NCBI GenBank assembly: GCA_017476575.1
Contig: JAFUZO010000038.1
Coordinates: 2,551 to 66,550, forward strand
From: Bacteroidales bacterium
Lineage (GTDB): Bacteria > Bacteroidota > Bacteroidia > Bacteroidales > UBA932
Direction: 5' to 3'
DNA: 64,000 nucleotides
The notes under the pieces were generated by a model. That model saw nothing but the letters and a program-made list of their open reading frames with translations, was not told the DNA's origin and did not search any database. A program made the position numbers and the translations under genes. Positions within the stretch are counted from its first letter, which is position 1, and every line of letters begins with the position of its first letter. Positions 47,150 to 56,231 of the stretch are shown here, one piece after another.

Positions 47150-48517
47150 CTACTGGCGTTTGGCTCCGAAACGGACGGCGAGAATCTCCTCGGTCCCGGC
47201 TATCTTCTCTTTCAGGAGCTCCTCCGACGTAGCTTCGCAGATAAAGCGGAGATAAGGCTCGGTATTGGACGGACGGATGTTGAACCACCAGTCAGGGAAT
47301 TCAACGCGGTAGCCGTCGAAGTCCATGAAGGCTGTAGCCTGTTCCTGGGCCGTGAAATGGTCCTTGACGGCATCCATGGCTCCCTTCTTGTCCTCGACAC
47401 GGAAGTTGATCTCGCCGGAATTCTTGTAGCGGACGATGCCGGCGATGGCCTGGCTGAGGGTCTTTCCCTCCTTCTTGAGGCCGGCGACGATGCCCAGCAC
47501 GATCATCGATGCCAGAAGACCGCTGTCACTGTAGAAAAAATCGCGGAAATAATAGTGTCCCGCCAGTTCCCCGCCCCAGACACCGTCGATTTCGCGGAGG
47601 CGGGCGGCGGCGAAGGCGCGTCCCACCTTCCAAGTGCGCATCTCGCAGCCCATCGGAGCCAGGTATTCCCCCACCGCCTTGGAGGAACGGATGTCCTGCA
47701 GGACGATGCCTTTCTCACCGCGTTCTCCCACGAAGTAGCGGCCCATGAGGGCGATTATGAGGTCCGGAGAGATGAAGGCGCCCTTCTCGTCGACGAACAT
47801 CACGCGGTCCGCATCGCCGTCGTAGATGACGCCGACGTCGGCACCCTCCTTGCGGACAAGGGCTTCGAGCGGGAGGACGTTCTTCTCGATCAGCGGATTC
47901 GGCTCATGGTTGGGGAAACGGCCGTCCAGCGTGTCGAAGAGAAAGTGGATATTCCCCCCTTCGCCGAAAATCTCCTTGGCAAAGAGGTTCGCCATGCCGT
48001 TGGACAGGTCCATCGCGATGGTAAGCGAAGAAAGGTCCTTGGAGAACCGCTTCATGAAAGCGAGATAATCCGGCAGGATGTCCTTCTGGAAGACCCGCCC
48101 CTTGACTGCGGCGACCGGTGTCGGAACCCCTTCGTCGATCCAGGCCTTGATCTGCCCCAGGCCGGCATCGAAGCCGACGGCCTGGGCGCCGGTAGTGGAT
48201 ACCTTCATGCCGTTGTACTCGGCCGGGTTATGCGAGGCCGTGATCTGGACAGAGGCGTCGAATTCATAGTTGGCCGTTCCGAAGTAGACCATCGGGGTCG
48301 AACTGAGGCCGATGTCATAGACGTCGGCACCGGCATCGGTAATGCCTTGGACGACGGCGTCATGGATCTCGTCGGAGGAGATGCGGCAGTCGCGTCCGAC
48401 CAGGACCTTCCCGGCCTTCAGCAGCCTCGGGATGAAATAACCGACTTTATAAGCAATGTCGCGGTCCCAGTCGGTGCCGTAGATACCGCGGATGTCGTAT
48501 GCGTGGAATGCTCCCAT
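47150..48517 (-). CDS. Phosphomannomutase/phosphoglucomutase
   Basis: AYDIRG, ITASHNP, DGDADR and GGELAGHYYF. A promoter TATCTTTG lies at 48546-48553 on the minus strand. Confidence 0.95.
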   Translation of the reverse strand: MGAFHAYDIRGIYGTDWDRDIAYKVGYFIPRLLKAGKVLVGRDCRISSDEIHDAVVQGITDAGADVYDIGLSSTPMVYFGTANYEFDASVQITASHNPAEYNGMKVSTTGAQAVGFDAGLGQIKAWIDEGVPTPVAAVKGRVFQKDILPDYLAFMKRFSKDLSSLTIAMDLSNGMANLFAKEIFGEGGNIHFLFDTLDGRFPNHEPNPLIEKNVLPLEALVRKEGADVGVIYDGDADRVMFVDEKGAFISPDLIIALMGRYFVGERGEKGIVLQDIRSSKAVGEYLAPMGCEMRTWKVGRAFAAARLREIDGVWGGELAGHYYFRDFFYSDSGLLASMIVLGIVAGLKKEGKTLSQAIAGIVRYKNSGEINFRVEDKKGAMDAVKDHFTAQEQATAFMDFDGYRVEFPDWWFNIRPSNTEPYLRFICEATSEELLKEKIAGTEEILAVRFGAKRQ

Positions 48518-48574
48518 GATGAATCTGTGTTATTAGTCAAGAAGACAAAGATACGAAAAAATCCGGGAAACCCA

Positions 48575-49732
48575 TCAGTCCCGATCGACATCGAAGACAG
48601 AGGCGGGCAGCGGGCGGCAGTTATACTGCGACGCCATGGATTCACCGTAGGCTCCTGCCGAACGGATCGCGATGAAATCTCCCCGATGGCATTCGTTGAG
48701 GACCACGCCCTTTCCGAACACATCCGAACTCTCACAGACGGGCCCCACGACATCATACGTCCGCTCCGGACCGTCGGAAGAAAGGTTCTCGATGCGGTGG
48801 AAGGCATGGTAGAGGGCCGGCCGGACCAGATCGTTCATTCCGGCATCCACAATGGCGAATTCCCGGGAGACGCCTTCCTTGACATACAAGACCCGGGTGA
48901 TAAGCGTCCCGCAGGGTGCCACGATGCTCCGTCCCAATTCGAAATGGAGCGGACGCCGCCCTTGGAGCAGCCGCTTGAACACCGCGAAGTAGGCCTTGAA
49001 ATCCGCGACGGGAAGATGGTTCGGATGCTCGTACTCGATGCCCAGGCCGCCGCCCACATTGATATCGCCCACGGGGATGCGGAGACGTTCCAGCCGGGAG
49101 ACCAGGTCGTTGATCCGGTTGCAGAGCGCGGCGAAATCGGAAAGGTCCAGGATCTGGGAGCCGATATGGAAATGGAGCCCCTCGAAATGCACGGACGGAA
49201 GGGCGAGCGCCTCCCGGATTACCGCCTCCACGTCGCGGTGGTAGATGCCGAACTTGTTTTCCGCCAGCCCGGTCGTGATACCCGAAAGCGTATGGGCGCC
49301 GATGTCCGGGTTGACCCGGAGGCTCACCGGTACCGTAAGTCCCTTGGTCGCTGCCCGTTCCGCAATCACACGCAGTTCGGCGGCGGATTCTACGTTGAAA
49401 CGCCCGATACCGGCCTCCAGCGCCAGGTCGATTTCCCAGTCTGCCTTACCGACACCGGCATAGACGATATCCGGAGCATGGAACCCGGCGGCGAGGGCCG
49501 CCTGGATTTCTCCGCCACTCACACAATCAGCCCCGAACCCGGCCCGGGCGACCTGGGCTAGCAGCCGGGGGTTGTGGTTGGCTTTCACGGCATAGTGGAC
49601 CTTCCACGACGGCCGGTCTGCGATGGCGGCGCCAACGGCCTCCAAGGTCTCGGCCAGCAAACCGGTATCGTAATAATAGAAAGGGGTCCGCAAGCCGGAG
49701 AACCGGTCCAGGGGGTAACGACCTTTCAACAT
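48575..49732 (-). CDS. lysA: Diaminopimelate decarboxylase
   Basis: HYAVKAN, SGGE, ENKFG, HFHIGSQ, ELGRS and GPVCES.D. The start was trimmed to the ATG at 49732, overlapping the lysC stop. Confidence 0.96.
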   Translation of the reverse strand: MLKGRYPLDRFSGLRTPFYYYDTGLLAETLEAVGAAIADRPSWKVHYAVKANHNPRLLAQVARAGFGADCVSGGEIQAALAAGFHAPDIVYAGVGKADWEIDLALEAGIGRFNVESAAELRVIAERAATKGLTVPVSLRVNPDIGAHTLSGITTGLAENKFGIYHRDVEAVIREALALPSVHFEGLHFHIGSQILDLSDFAALCNRINDLVSRLERLRIPVGDINVGGGLGIEYEHPNHLPVADFKAYFAVFKRLLQGRRPLHFELGRSIVAPCGTLITRVLYVKEGVSREFAIVDAGMNDLVRPALYHAFHRIENLSSDGPERTYDVVGPVCESSDVFGKGVVLNECHRGDFIAIRSAGAYGESMASQYNCRPLPASVFDVDRD

Positions 49733-51039
49733 TCCTGGAACAGATGACGGCTGAGGCCCTGCAAGGCGCGGACCTTGTCCTCGCTCCGGACCAACAGGGA
49801 AATGTTGTAGTTGCTGCCGCCATACCCCACCATACGCACGGGGATGTCCTTCATGGCCGCCAGCACGCGGGACTCGAAACCGACATTCTCCCAGTCCATA
49901 TCCCCGACGACGCAGACGATGCACATGTCCAGGTCCACTGTCACCGTGCCGTAGTGCTTGAGTTCATGGACGATCTCGCTGAGGTAGCGGGTCTGGTCTA
50001 CCGTCAGGGAAACACCGACTTCCGAAGTGCAGATCATGTCGATAGGCGTCCGGTAACTTTCAAAGATCTCGAACACCTTGCGCAGGAAACCGTGGGCAAG
50101 GAGCATCCGGGAACTCTTGATCTTGATGGCGGTGATATTATCCTTGGCCGCCACGGCCTTGATGGTACCAGGCTCGGGATTGTTGTCGATCAGTGTGCCC
50201 GGGGCCTGTGGCTCCAGGGTGTTGAGCAGCCGGACCGGAATATTGGCATGTTTGGCCGGCTGGATGCAGGTCGGATGCAGGATCTTCGCCCCGAAATAGG
50301 CCAGTTCCGCCGCCTCCTCGAAGTGAAGGTGCCGCACTGCAGCCGTGTGCTCCACGATGCGCGGATCGTTGTTGTGCATCCCGTCGATATCGGTCCAGAT
50401 CTGGATTTCCTCGGCCGTGAGAGCCGCTCCGATGAGTGAGGCGGTATAGTCGCTCCCGCCCCGCTGGAGATTGTCCACCTCGTTGTCGGCATTGCGGCAG
50501 ATATACCCCTGCGTAAGATAGACGTCGGCCTTACGCTCCATCATCGGCAGCAGGTGCTCCCGGATATAATCCAGGTCCGGTTCTCCCTGGGCGTCCAGCT
50601 TCATGAAAGACAATGCGGGCAGCAGCAGCACATCCACCCCGGTCTCTTTCAGGTATAATTCCATCAGGCGGGTGGACAAGAGTTCTCCCTGCGCCAGGAC
50701 GATACGCTCCTGGACAGGCCCGAAGAGCTCCCTGGTAAGGGACAGAAGGGAAGAGAAGGTCTCGCGGATGCCATTTTCGGCCTCCGCCCGGGAAGAAGGG
50801 TCGGAGAAGAGTTCCGCAGCAATCTTCAAGTATTTGTCCTCCAGCAGCTTGATGGTATCCTTCGCACCGTCGCGGTTCCGGTTGTGCAGGTAATCTGCCA
50901 CCTCGGACAGCGTGTTGGTCGTCCCCGACATGGCGGAGAGTACCACCACGTTACGGCCGGCCTCCCGGATCAATTGCGCCACGTGGCGGATGCGGTCGGA
51001 CGTTCCTACCGACGTCCCGCCGAATTTCAACACCTTCAT
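49726..51039 (-). CDS. lysC: Aspartate kinase
   Basis: KFGGTSVG, SAMSGTTN, RGGSDYTA, GAKILHP and ACT domains. Confidence 0.97.
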   Translation of the reverse strand: MKVLKFGGTSVGTSDRIRHVAQLIREAGRNVVVLSAMSGTTNTLSEVADYLHNRNRDGAKDTIKLLEDKYLKIAAELFSDPSSRAEAENGIRETFSSLLSLTRELFGPVQERIVLAQGELLSTRLMELYLKETGVDVLLLPALSFMKLDAQGEPDLDYIREHLLPMMERKADVYLTQGYICRNADNEVDNLQRGGSDYTASLIGAALTAEEIQIWTDIDGMHNNDPRIVEHTAAVRHLHFEEAAELAYFGAKILHPTCIQPAKHANIPVRLLNTLEPQAPGTLIDNNPEPGTIKAVAAKDNITAIKIKSSRMLLAHGFLRKVFEIFESYRTPIDMICTSEVGVSLTVDQTRYLSEIVHELKHYGTVTVDLDMCIVCVVGDMDWENVGFESRVLAAMKDIPVRMVGYGGSNYNISLLVRSEDKVRALQGLSRHLFQEC

Positions 51040-51040
51040 G

Positions 51041-52315
51041 TCAGAAGGTGAATTTCACCATCTGCTCGATGCGGTGGTTCAGGATCCACTTGCTGTCGGA
51101 GAAGAGGCCGTGGGCATCACGTTCGCCGCGGCCGAACTCGGCGGCGGTGCAATCGTATTCGAGCGAGAGGGTCAGCTTGCCGAGGTTATAGGCGAGGGTC
51201 GGGGTGACGCGCACCGCCTGCTGGATCTTGGTATCGGCAGCAGTGTTCAGCCAGAGCCGGCCGTCAAAGACTTCTTTTGTCGTGCCGAGCTGCTTCATGT
51301 AGCCGAGCATGCCGAGCACCTGCCACTTCTTGCCGTAGGAGGCGGAGACGAAGGAGGCCCAATCCTGCATCGGGGTGTACTCATACTTATGCTTGGCGGT
51401 ATCGTAGGAAGACACACCGTAGCCGGACAGGAGGTTCATGTGCTCGCCGCTCTGCGCCAGGATGCTCTTGGCCCGCAGCTGGAACATCTTGTCGCGGGAG
51501 GTATACTGGGCGAAAACGAAGGGGGATACGGCCGTCATCAGGCCCTTGGCCTTCACTTCGCCGTCAAGACGCATGGGTTTCGTATCCAGCACATCCACAC
51601 CGGCCTTCACATACCAGGATGCGTTCTTCCAGGCGGCACCAAGGTACAGTTCAGGAAGGCCGTACTTGTAAGGATTGACGGACTTCGTCGACGTATTGGC
51701 GGAAGCCTGTGCGTCAACCGGAAGGTACTGGCTCAGGTAGAGCATCCCGCCCGTGAAGGTCCAGGCGCCGGTCGTATAGTGGGCCATGACCTGCGGGCTG
51801 CGGTTGAACGGATTGAACGGAGCTCCGGTCTCGAGGTTCGTGATATGCGGCATGTCTGCGGCCATCGGATGCCAGGTCTGGCCGACATTCACCGTCAGCT
51901 TATCCCCGTCGCGGAGATCCCAGCCGAGAGCGACATATGCCTGGCGGAGACGGAGCTGGGCGATGGTGGAGGCAGACGTGGTGCCGTTGAGGCTGTAGAA
52001 GTCGGCCTCGACGGCTCCGGACACCTTCGTTTCGCCGAAGCGGTAGCCGGAGACATTGACACCCAGACGCGTCGTCAAAGCAAGGGACTTCCAGTTCCAG
52101 CCGTCGTTCAGGTCGTCACCAAGAGCGTTCGGGTTCTCGTCCTTCGGCATATAGAAAAAAAGGTCGCCGGTACCGCCGTTCACCTCGCGGGAGTCGACGA
52201 CGGTATAGTTACGGATGAAACCGTAGAGTTTGAAATTCGCAGGGGTTTCCTCCTGCGCAAAAGCTGCGCTACCGACCAGGAGCGCAGCCATCGGGATGAT
52301 GATATACTTTTTCAT
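51041..52315 (-). CDS. DcaP-like outer membrane porin
   Basis: Signal peptide, LYGFIR, EADF, LRLRQAY, GQTWHPM and a terminal Phe. Confidence 0.75.
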   Translation of the reverse strand: MKKYIIIPMAALLVGSAAFAQEETPANFKLYGFIRNYTVVDSREVNGGTGDLFFYMPKDENPNALGDDLNDGWNWKSLALTTRLGVNVSGYRFGETKVSGAVEADFYSLNGTTSASTIAQLRLRQAYVALGWDLRDGDKLTVNVGQTWHPMAADMPHITNLETGAPFNPFNRSPQVMAHYTTGAWTFTGGMLYLSQYLPVDAQASANTSTKSVNPYKYGLPELYLGAAWKNASWYVKAGVDVLDTKPMRLDGEVKAKGLMTAVSPFVFAQYTSRDKMFQLRAKSILAQSGEHMNLLSGYGVSSYDTAKHKYEYTPMQDWASFVSASYGKKWQVLGMLGYMKQLGTTKEVFDGRLWLNTAADTKIQQAVRVTPTLAYNLGKLTLSLEYDCTAAEFGRGERDAHGLFSDSKWILNHRIEQMVKFTF

Positions 52316-52319
52316 GATA

Positions 52320-53774
52320 TTATGCGAACGGGAACAGTTTCGTCAGCCAGAAGAAACCGAGGAGGAATCCCACGGCACCGATGATGATCCCGACCCTGGC
52401 CATGTCCTTGGTCTCCACGAGGCCCGTGGAGGCGGCGATGGCGTTCGGAGGGGTGGAGATCGGGAAGAGCATGGCGATGGAGGCGCAGACCGCGATGAAC
52501 ACGATCATGGCCTGGGTGCCGCCGAGGGCCAGGAACTGGGCATTGTTGGCAGCCGCCGGGTCGGCCATGCCTTCAGCGACCACGATGAGGATCGGGATGA
52601 GCAGGGCAGCCGTGGCGGAATTGGAGATGAAGTTTGACAGGAAATAGCACACCAGGCCGGCGATCACAAGCACCAGCACCACGGACATGCTGCCGAACGG
52701 GATGGCGTTGATGAGCACCTTGGCGAGGCCCGTACCCTGCAGGCAGGTCCCGAGGGCAAAACCGCCGGCCACGAGCCACAGCACGCTCCAGTTGATTTCC
52801 TTGATATCATCCTTGGTGAAGATGCCGCAGGCGGTAAGGACGCCGAGCGGGATGAGGGCGACGATGTTGGAGTTGATCTTGGTGATACTCTCGGTCATCC
52901 ACAAGAGGATGGTACCGACGAAAGTAATCCATACCACCGTGGACTTCCAGCTCTTCTCCTTCTTGTTCTCAGGGATTTCTAGCACGAGTTTCTGGGTCTT
53001 GAAGGGGAAGAAGAACTGCAGGAGCAGCCAGGCCACGAAAATCATCACCGCGACATAGGGGATCATGTGGATCATCCAGTCCATGAAAGAGATCTCGGCA
53101 TTTGCCTCGGCCAGGAAACGGACGGCCGTCGCGTTGGGCGGCGTACCGATCGGGGTGCCGATACCGCCGAGGTTGGCCGCCACCGGGATGGAAAGGGCCA
53201 GGCCGATCTTTCCCTTGTCGTCAGAGGGAAGCGTCGCGAGTACCGGAGCCAGGAAGGCCAGCATCATGGCGGCCGTAGCGGTGTTCGACATGAACATGGA
53301 GAAGATGGAGATCACGATCAGGAAGCCCAACAGCACGATTTTCGGCTTGGTTCCGAACAGGCTCAGCAGGGCGCGTCCCATGGTGACATCCAGGCCGTAT
53401 TTCTCAGCCATGATGGCGAGGACGAAACCGCCCATGAAAAGCATGACCACCGGGTCGGCGAACGAAGCCATGATGCTCTTGAAGCCCACCAGCTGGCCAT
53501 ACTGCGGATTACAGAAGAATCCGAGTCCCTTGTCGGAGACGGTCAGCAGGGATATGACAATGACCAGGAGCGAAGTGGTCCAGTTCGGGATGATCTCGAA
53601 AATCCACATCAGAGCCGCGAAGACGAAGAGCGCGATGACCCGCTGCTGGACGACGGTGAGGGCTTCGATGCCGTACCACTGGATGGGCATCGCCCAGAGG
53701 ATGATTGTGATGGCAAGCACGATGGGCAGGAACACACAATACTTCAGGTTCAGTTTGTTGGTAGCCATTATCAT
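52320..53774 (-). CDS. DASS/SLC13 family anion:sodium symporter
   Basis: SMFMSNTAT, ANLGGIGTPIGTPPN, SNFISNSAT and PISTPPNA. Confidence 0.93.
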   Translation of the reverse strand: MIMATNKLNLKYCVFLPIVLAITIILWAMPIQWYGIEALTVVQQRVIALFVFAALMWIFEIIPNWTTSLLVIVISLLTVSDKGLGFFCNPQYGQLVGFKSIMASFADPVVMLFMGGFVLAIMAEKYGLDVTMGRALLSLFGTKPKIVLLGFLIVISIFSMFMSNTATAAMMLAFLAPVLATLPSDDKGKIGLALSIPVAANLGGIGTPIGTPPNATAVRFLAEANAEISFMDWMIHMIPYVAVMIFVAWLLLQFFFPFKTQKLVLEIPENKKEKSWKSTVVWITFVGTILLWMTESITKINSNIVALIPLGVLTACGIFTKDDIKEINWSVLWLVAGGFALGTCLQGTGLAKVLINAIPFGSMSVVLVLVIAGLVCYFLSNFISNSATAALLIPILIVVAEGMADPAAANNAQFLALGGTQAMIVFIAVCASIAMLFPISTPPNAIAASTGLVETKDMARVGIIIGAVGFLLGFFWLTKLFPFA

Positions 53775-53803
53775 GTTCTGTTGTTACTATCCATTTTGGC
53801 CCG

Positions 53804-53863
53804 CAAATTTAGTCATTATTTGTGTAATTCCAATTGACTTTAAGCGATAAATGTGTAAATTTG
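53804..53863. promoter_or_regulatory. Divergent -7 elements (DASS operon / M49-like gene)
   Basis: TAAATTTG on the minus strand at 53804-53811 and on the plus strand at 53856-53863. Confidence 0.6.
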
Positions 53864-53900
53864 CAGCCCGAAAAACGGAACAGATTGAAATCAACCCGCC

Positions 53901-55502
53901 ATGAAAAGAGCCATCATCATCGCCCTCCTTGCCCCCGCCGCCTTCGCCGCGTGTGACAAGACTGCCAAGTCCGACCTCCAGAAGAAGGTGGACGAGTATG
54001 CCGTCGTGAAAATCACCGCCCCGGACCTCTCCGGTATCACCGACAACGGCAAGGAAGTGCTCCGCCTCTACCGCTGGGCCGCCGACGAGGCTGACCAGAT
54101 CTATTGGAAACAGATGGTCGGGACGACGGGCTTCGCCGAGACCCTCTCCGACCCGGCCGCAAAGGAATACGCCCAGATCAACTACGGCCCCTGGGACCGG
54201 ATCGACGGAAAACCCTTCGTGGAAGGCTATGGCGAGCGTCCCGCCGGTGCCGGGTTCTATCCGGCCGACATGACGGCCTCCGAGTTCGAGGCCCTCTCCG
54301 ACCCGGCCAAGGACAGCCCCTACACCCTCATCGGACGGGATGCGGACGGCAATCTCCAGGTCGTACCCTTCCATGAGGAATATGCGGAGAACATCCAGAA
54401 GATCTGTTCCTTCCTCCAGAGTGCCGCCGACCTGACCATCAAGCCGAGCGTGCGCGCATATCTCTTGAAGAAGATCGAAGCCCTCCGTACCGACGACTAT
54501 TTCGAGAGCGACCTCGCCTGGCTGGACATGACCGACTCCAAGATGGACCTCATCATCGGCCCGAACGAGACCGAGGACGACCAGCTCTACGGCCGCAAGG
54601 CTTCCTACGGAGCCTTCGTCCTCTTGAAGGAGCTCAAGAAAACGGAAGAGATCGACCGGCTGACTTCCATGCTCCCCGAGCTCCAGGCTTCCCTGCCATG
54701 CGACCCGGCCTACAAGACCTTCATCCCCGGCACGGAGTCCGACATCTACGCCTACGACGCCCTCTACTATGCGGGCAACTACAACGCCGGCATCAAGGTT
54801 ATCGCCGTCAACCTCCCCTACGACGAGCGCGTCCAGGCCGAGAAGGGCACCCGGACCGTCCTCCTGAACAACATCATGAAGGAGAAGTTCAACCGTATCG
54901 TATTCCCGATCGGCAACCTGCTGATCACCCCCGACCAGGCCGCCCACCTCAACGACGACGCCTTCTTCTGGAACATCGCCTTCCGCGAGGTCGCCCACGG
55001 CCTCGGTGTCAAGGAGACGGTGAACGGCTGCGGGACGGTCACCCAGGCCCTCGGCAACGAGGCCCTCACCATCGAGGAGATCAAGGGCAATATCGTCGGA
55101 CTTTACCTGGCCTGCAACCTCATCGACACCCACAAGCTCAGCGGTATCGTCACCAAGGAGGACGCCCTCACCACATACATCGCCAGCCTCGTCCGCTCCG
55201 AGCGTTTCGGGGAAGGTAGCGCCCTGGGCCGTGCCAACATCATCATCTACAACTACCTGGCCGAGAACGGCGCCATCTCCCGCAACGAGAGCGGCAAGTA
55301 TGTCATCGACTACGCCCGGGCCCAGGAAGTCGTCACCCTCCTCGCCGGAGAGGTCCTGACCATCCAGGCCACCGGTGACTACGAGTCCGCCGCCACACTC
55401 GAGCAGCAGTATGGCACCCGGACCGATGCCTTCAAGGGAGACCTCCGCAACATCCGTCTCGAAGGAATCCCCGCCGACCTCCGCTTCGAGTTCGAGAAAT
55501 AG
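53901..55502 (+). CDS. Peptidase M49 / dipeptidyl-peptidase III-like lipoprotein with a degenerate Zn motif
   Basis: Lipobox FAAC, NYGPWDR, IGP.ETEDD.LYG.K.S, IAVNLP.DE and KG.R. It has REVAHGLG where the family has HEVAHGLG. Confidence 0.85.
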   Translation: MKRAIIIALLAPAAFAACDKTAKSDLQKKVDEYAVVKITAPDLSGITDNGKEVLRLYRWAADEADQIYWKQMVGTTGFAETLSDPAAKEYAQINYGPWDRIDGKPFVEGYGERPAGAGFYPADMTASEFEALSDPAKDSPYTLIGRDADGNLQVVPFHEEYAENIQKICSFLQSAADLTIKPSVRAYLLKKIEALRTDDYFESDLAWLDMTDSKMDLIIGPNETEDDQLYGRKASYGAFVLLKELKKTEEIDRLTSMLPELQASLPCDPAYKTFIPGTESDIYAYDALYYAGNYNAGIKVIAVNLPYDERVQAEKGTRTVLLNNIMKEKFNRIVFPIGNLLITPDQAAHLNDDAFFWNIAFREVAHGLGVKETVNGCGTVTQALGNEALTIEEIKGNIVGLYLACNLIDTHKLSGIVTKEDALTTYIASLVRSERFGEGSALGRANIIIYNYLAENGAISRNESGKYVIDYARAQEVVTLLAGEVLTIQATGDYESAATLEQQYGTRTDAFKGDLRNIRLEGIPADLRFEFEK

Positions 55503-55508
55503 AGTCTG

Positions 55509-56045
55509 TCAGTTCTTCAGTTTTCCGGCGGAAGGCTGGAACGTGAACGGAACCGGGTCGGGAGCGGCTGTCTCCAGGACCCGGTTCATGTCTTCCATGA
55601 ACGTATAGCAATAAAGGATGCGGGAGCGGAAGTCGACCCCCTCGATATAGACGTAGTCGGGAGCGGTGAAGTCCAAGGTGGGGACGGTGAGTTCGTAGAG
55701 GAATTCCCCGTTGCGGAATTCGGGATGGGTGACTTCGCAGCGGGTATCGCGCCTCAGCTGGGCGACGAACCGGCGGATGCGGGGATCGTCAGTATCCATA
55801 TTCCAAGACTGGACATAGTCTTTCACGGCATCCAGCTGGCCGATCAGGGTGACCGTTCCCTTGACGACATCCACCTCGCCCACCTTCAGCACCTCGGGCA
55901 GTTCGGCCAGGGGGATGCTTCCGGTCCCCCGCTCGGGAACCAGTTCCACGGCCACCAGTCCGCCGTCCACCGTCACGCCTTTCACGACCGAGCCCGTAAG
56001 CTGGGCCACGCAGTCCGCCAACCGTTTTTCAAATCCTGTTTTCAT
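55509..56045 (-). CDS. Hypothetical protein (178 aa)
   Basis: Coding-like codon bias. The ATG at 56045 follows a TACCTTTG element at 56068-56075. No family recognised. Confidence 0.7.
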   Translation of the reverse strand: MKTGFEKRLADCVAQLTGSVVKGVTVDGGLVAVELVPERGTGSIPLAELPEVLKVGEVDVVKGTVTLIGQLDAVKDYVQSWNMDTDDPRIRRFVAQLRRDTRCEVTHPEFRNGEFLYELTVPTLDFTAPDYVYIEGVDFRSRILYCYTFMEDMNRVLETAAPDPVPFTFQPSAGKLKN

Positions 56046-56172
56046 CTCTTTCGGAATTGAGTGTGTGCAAAGGTAAGCATTTTCAGGACATTCTGGCAGA
56101 AAAAACGCCCTTTTCCCGACCAAACGGATCTGAAATGACGATGAGGACGGAAAAGAGGGCATTTTCCCGTCC

Positions 56173-56206
56173 AAAATAAGGGATGCCCGGAAATCCGGAC
56201 ATCCCT
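56173..56206 (-). terminator. Intrinsic terminator of gdhA
   Basis: Stem AGGGATG.CCGG/CCGG.CATCCCT followed by TATTTT on the minus strand. Confidence 0.7.
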
Positions 56207-56231
56207 CGATAGACCCGATAGGGGGGAGGAT

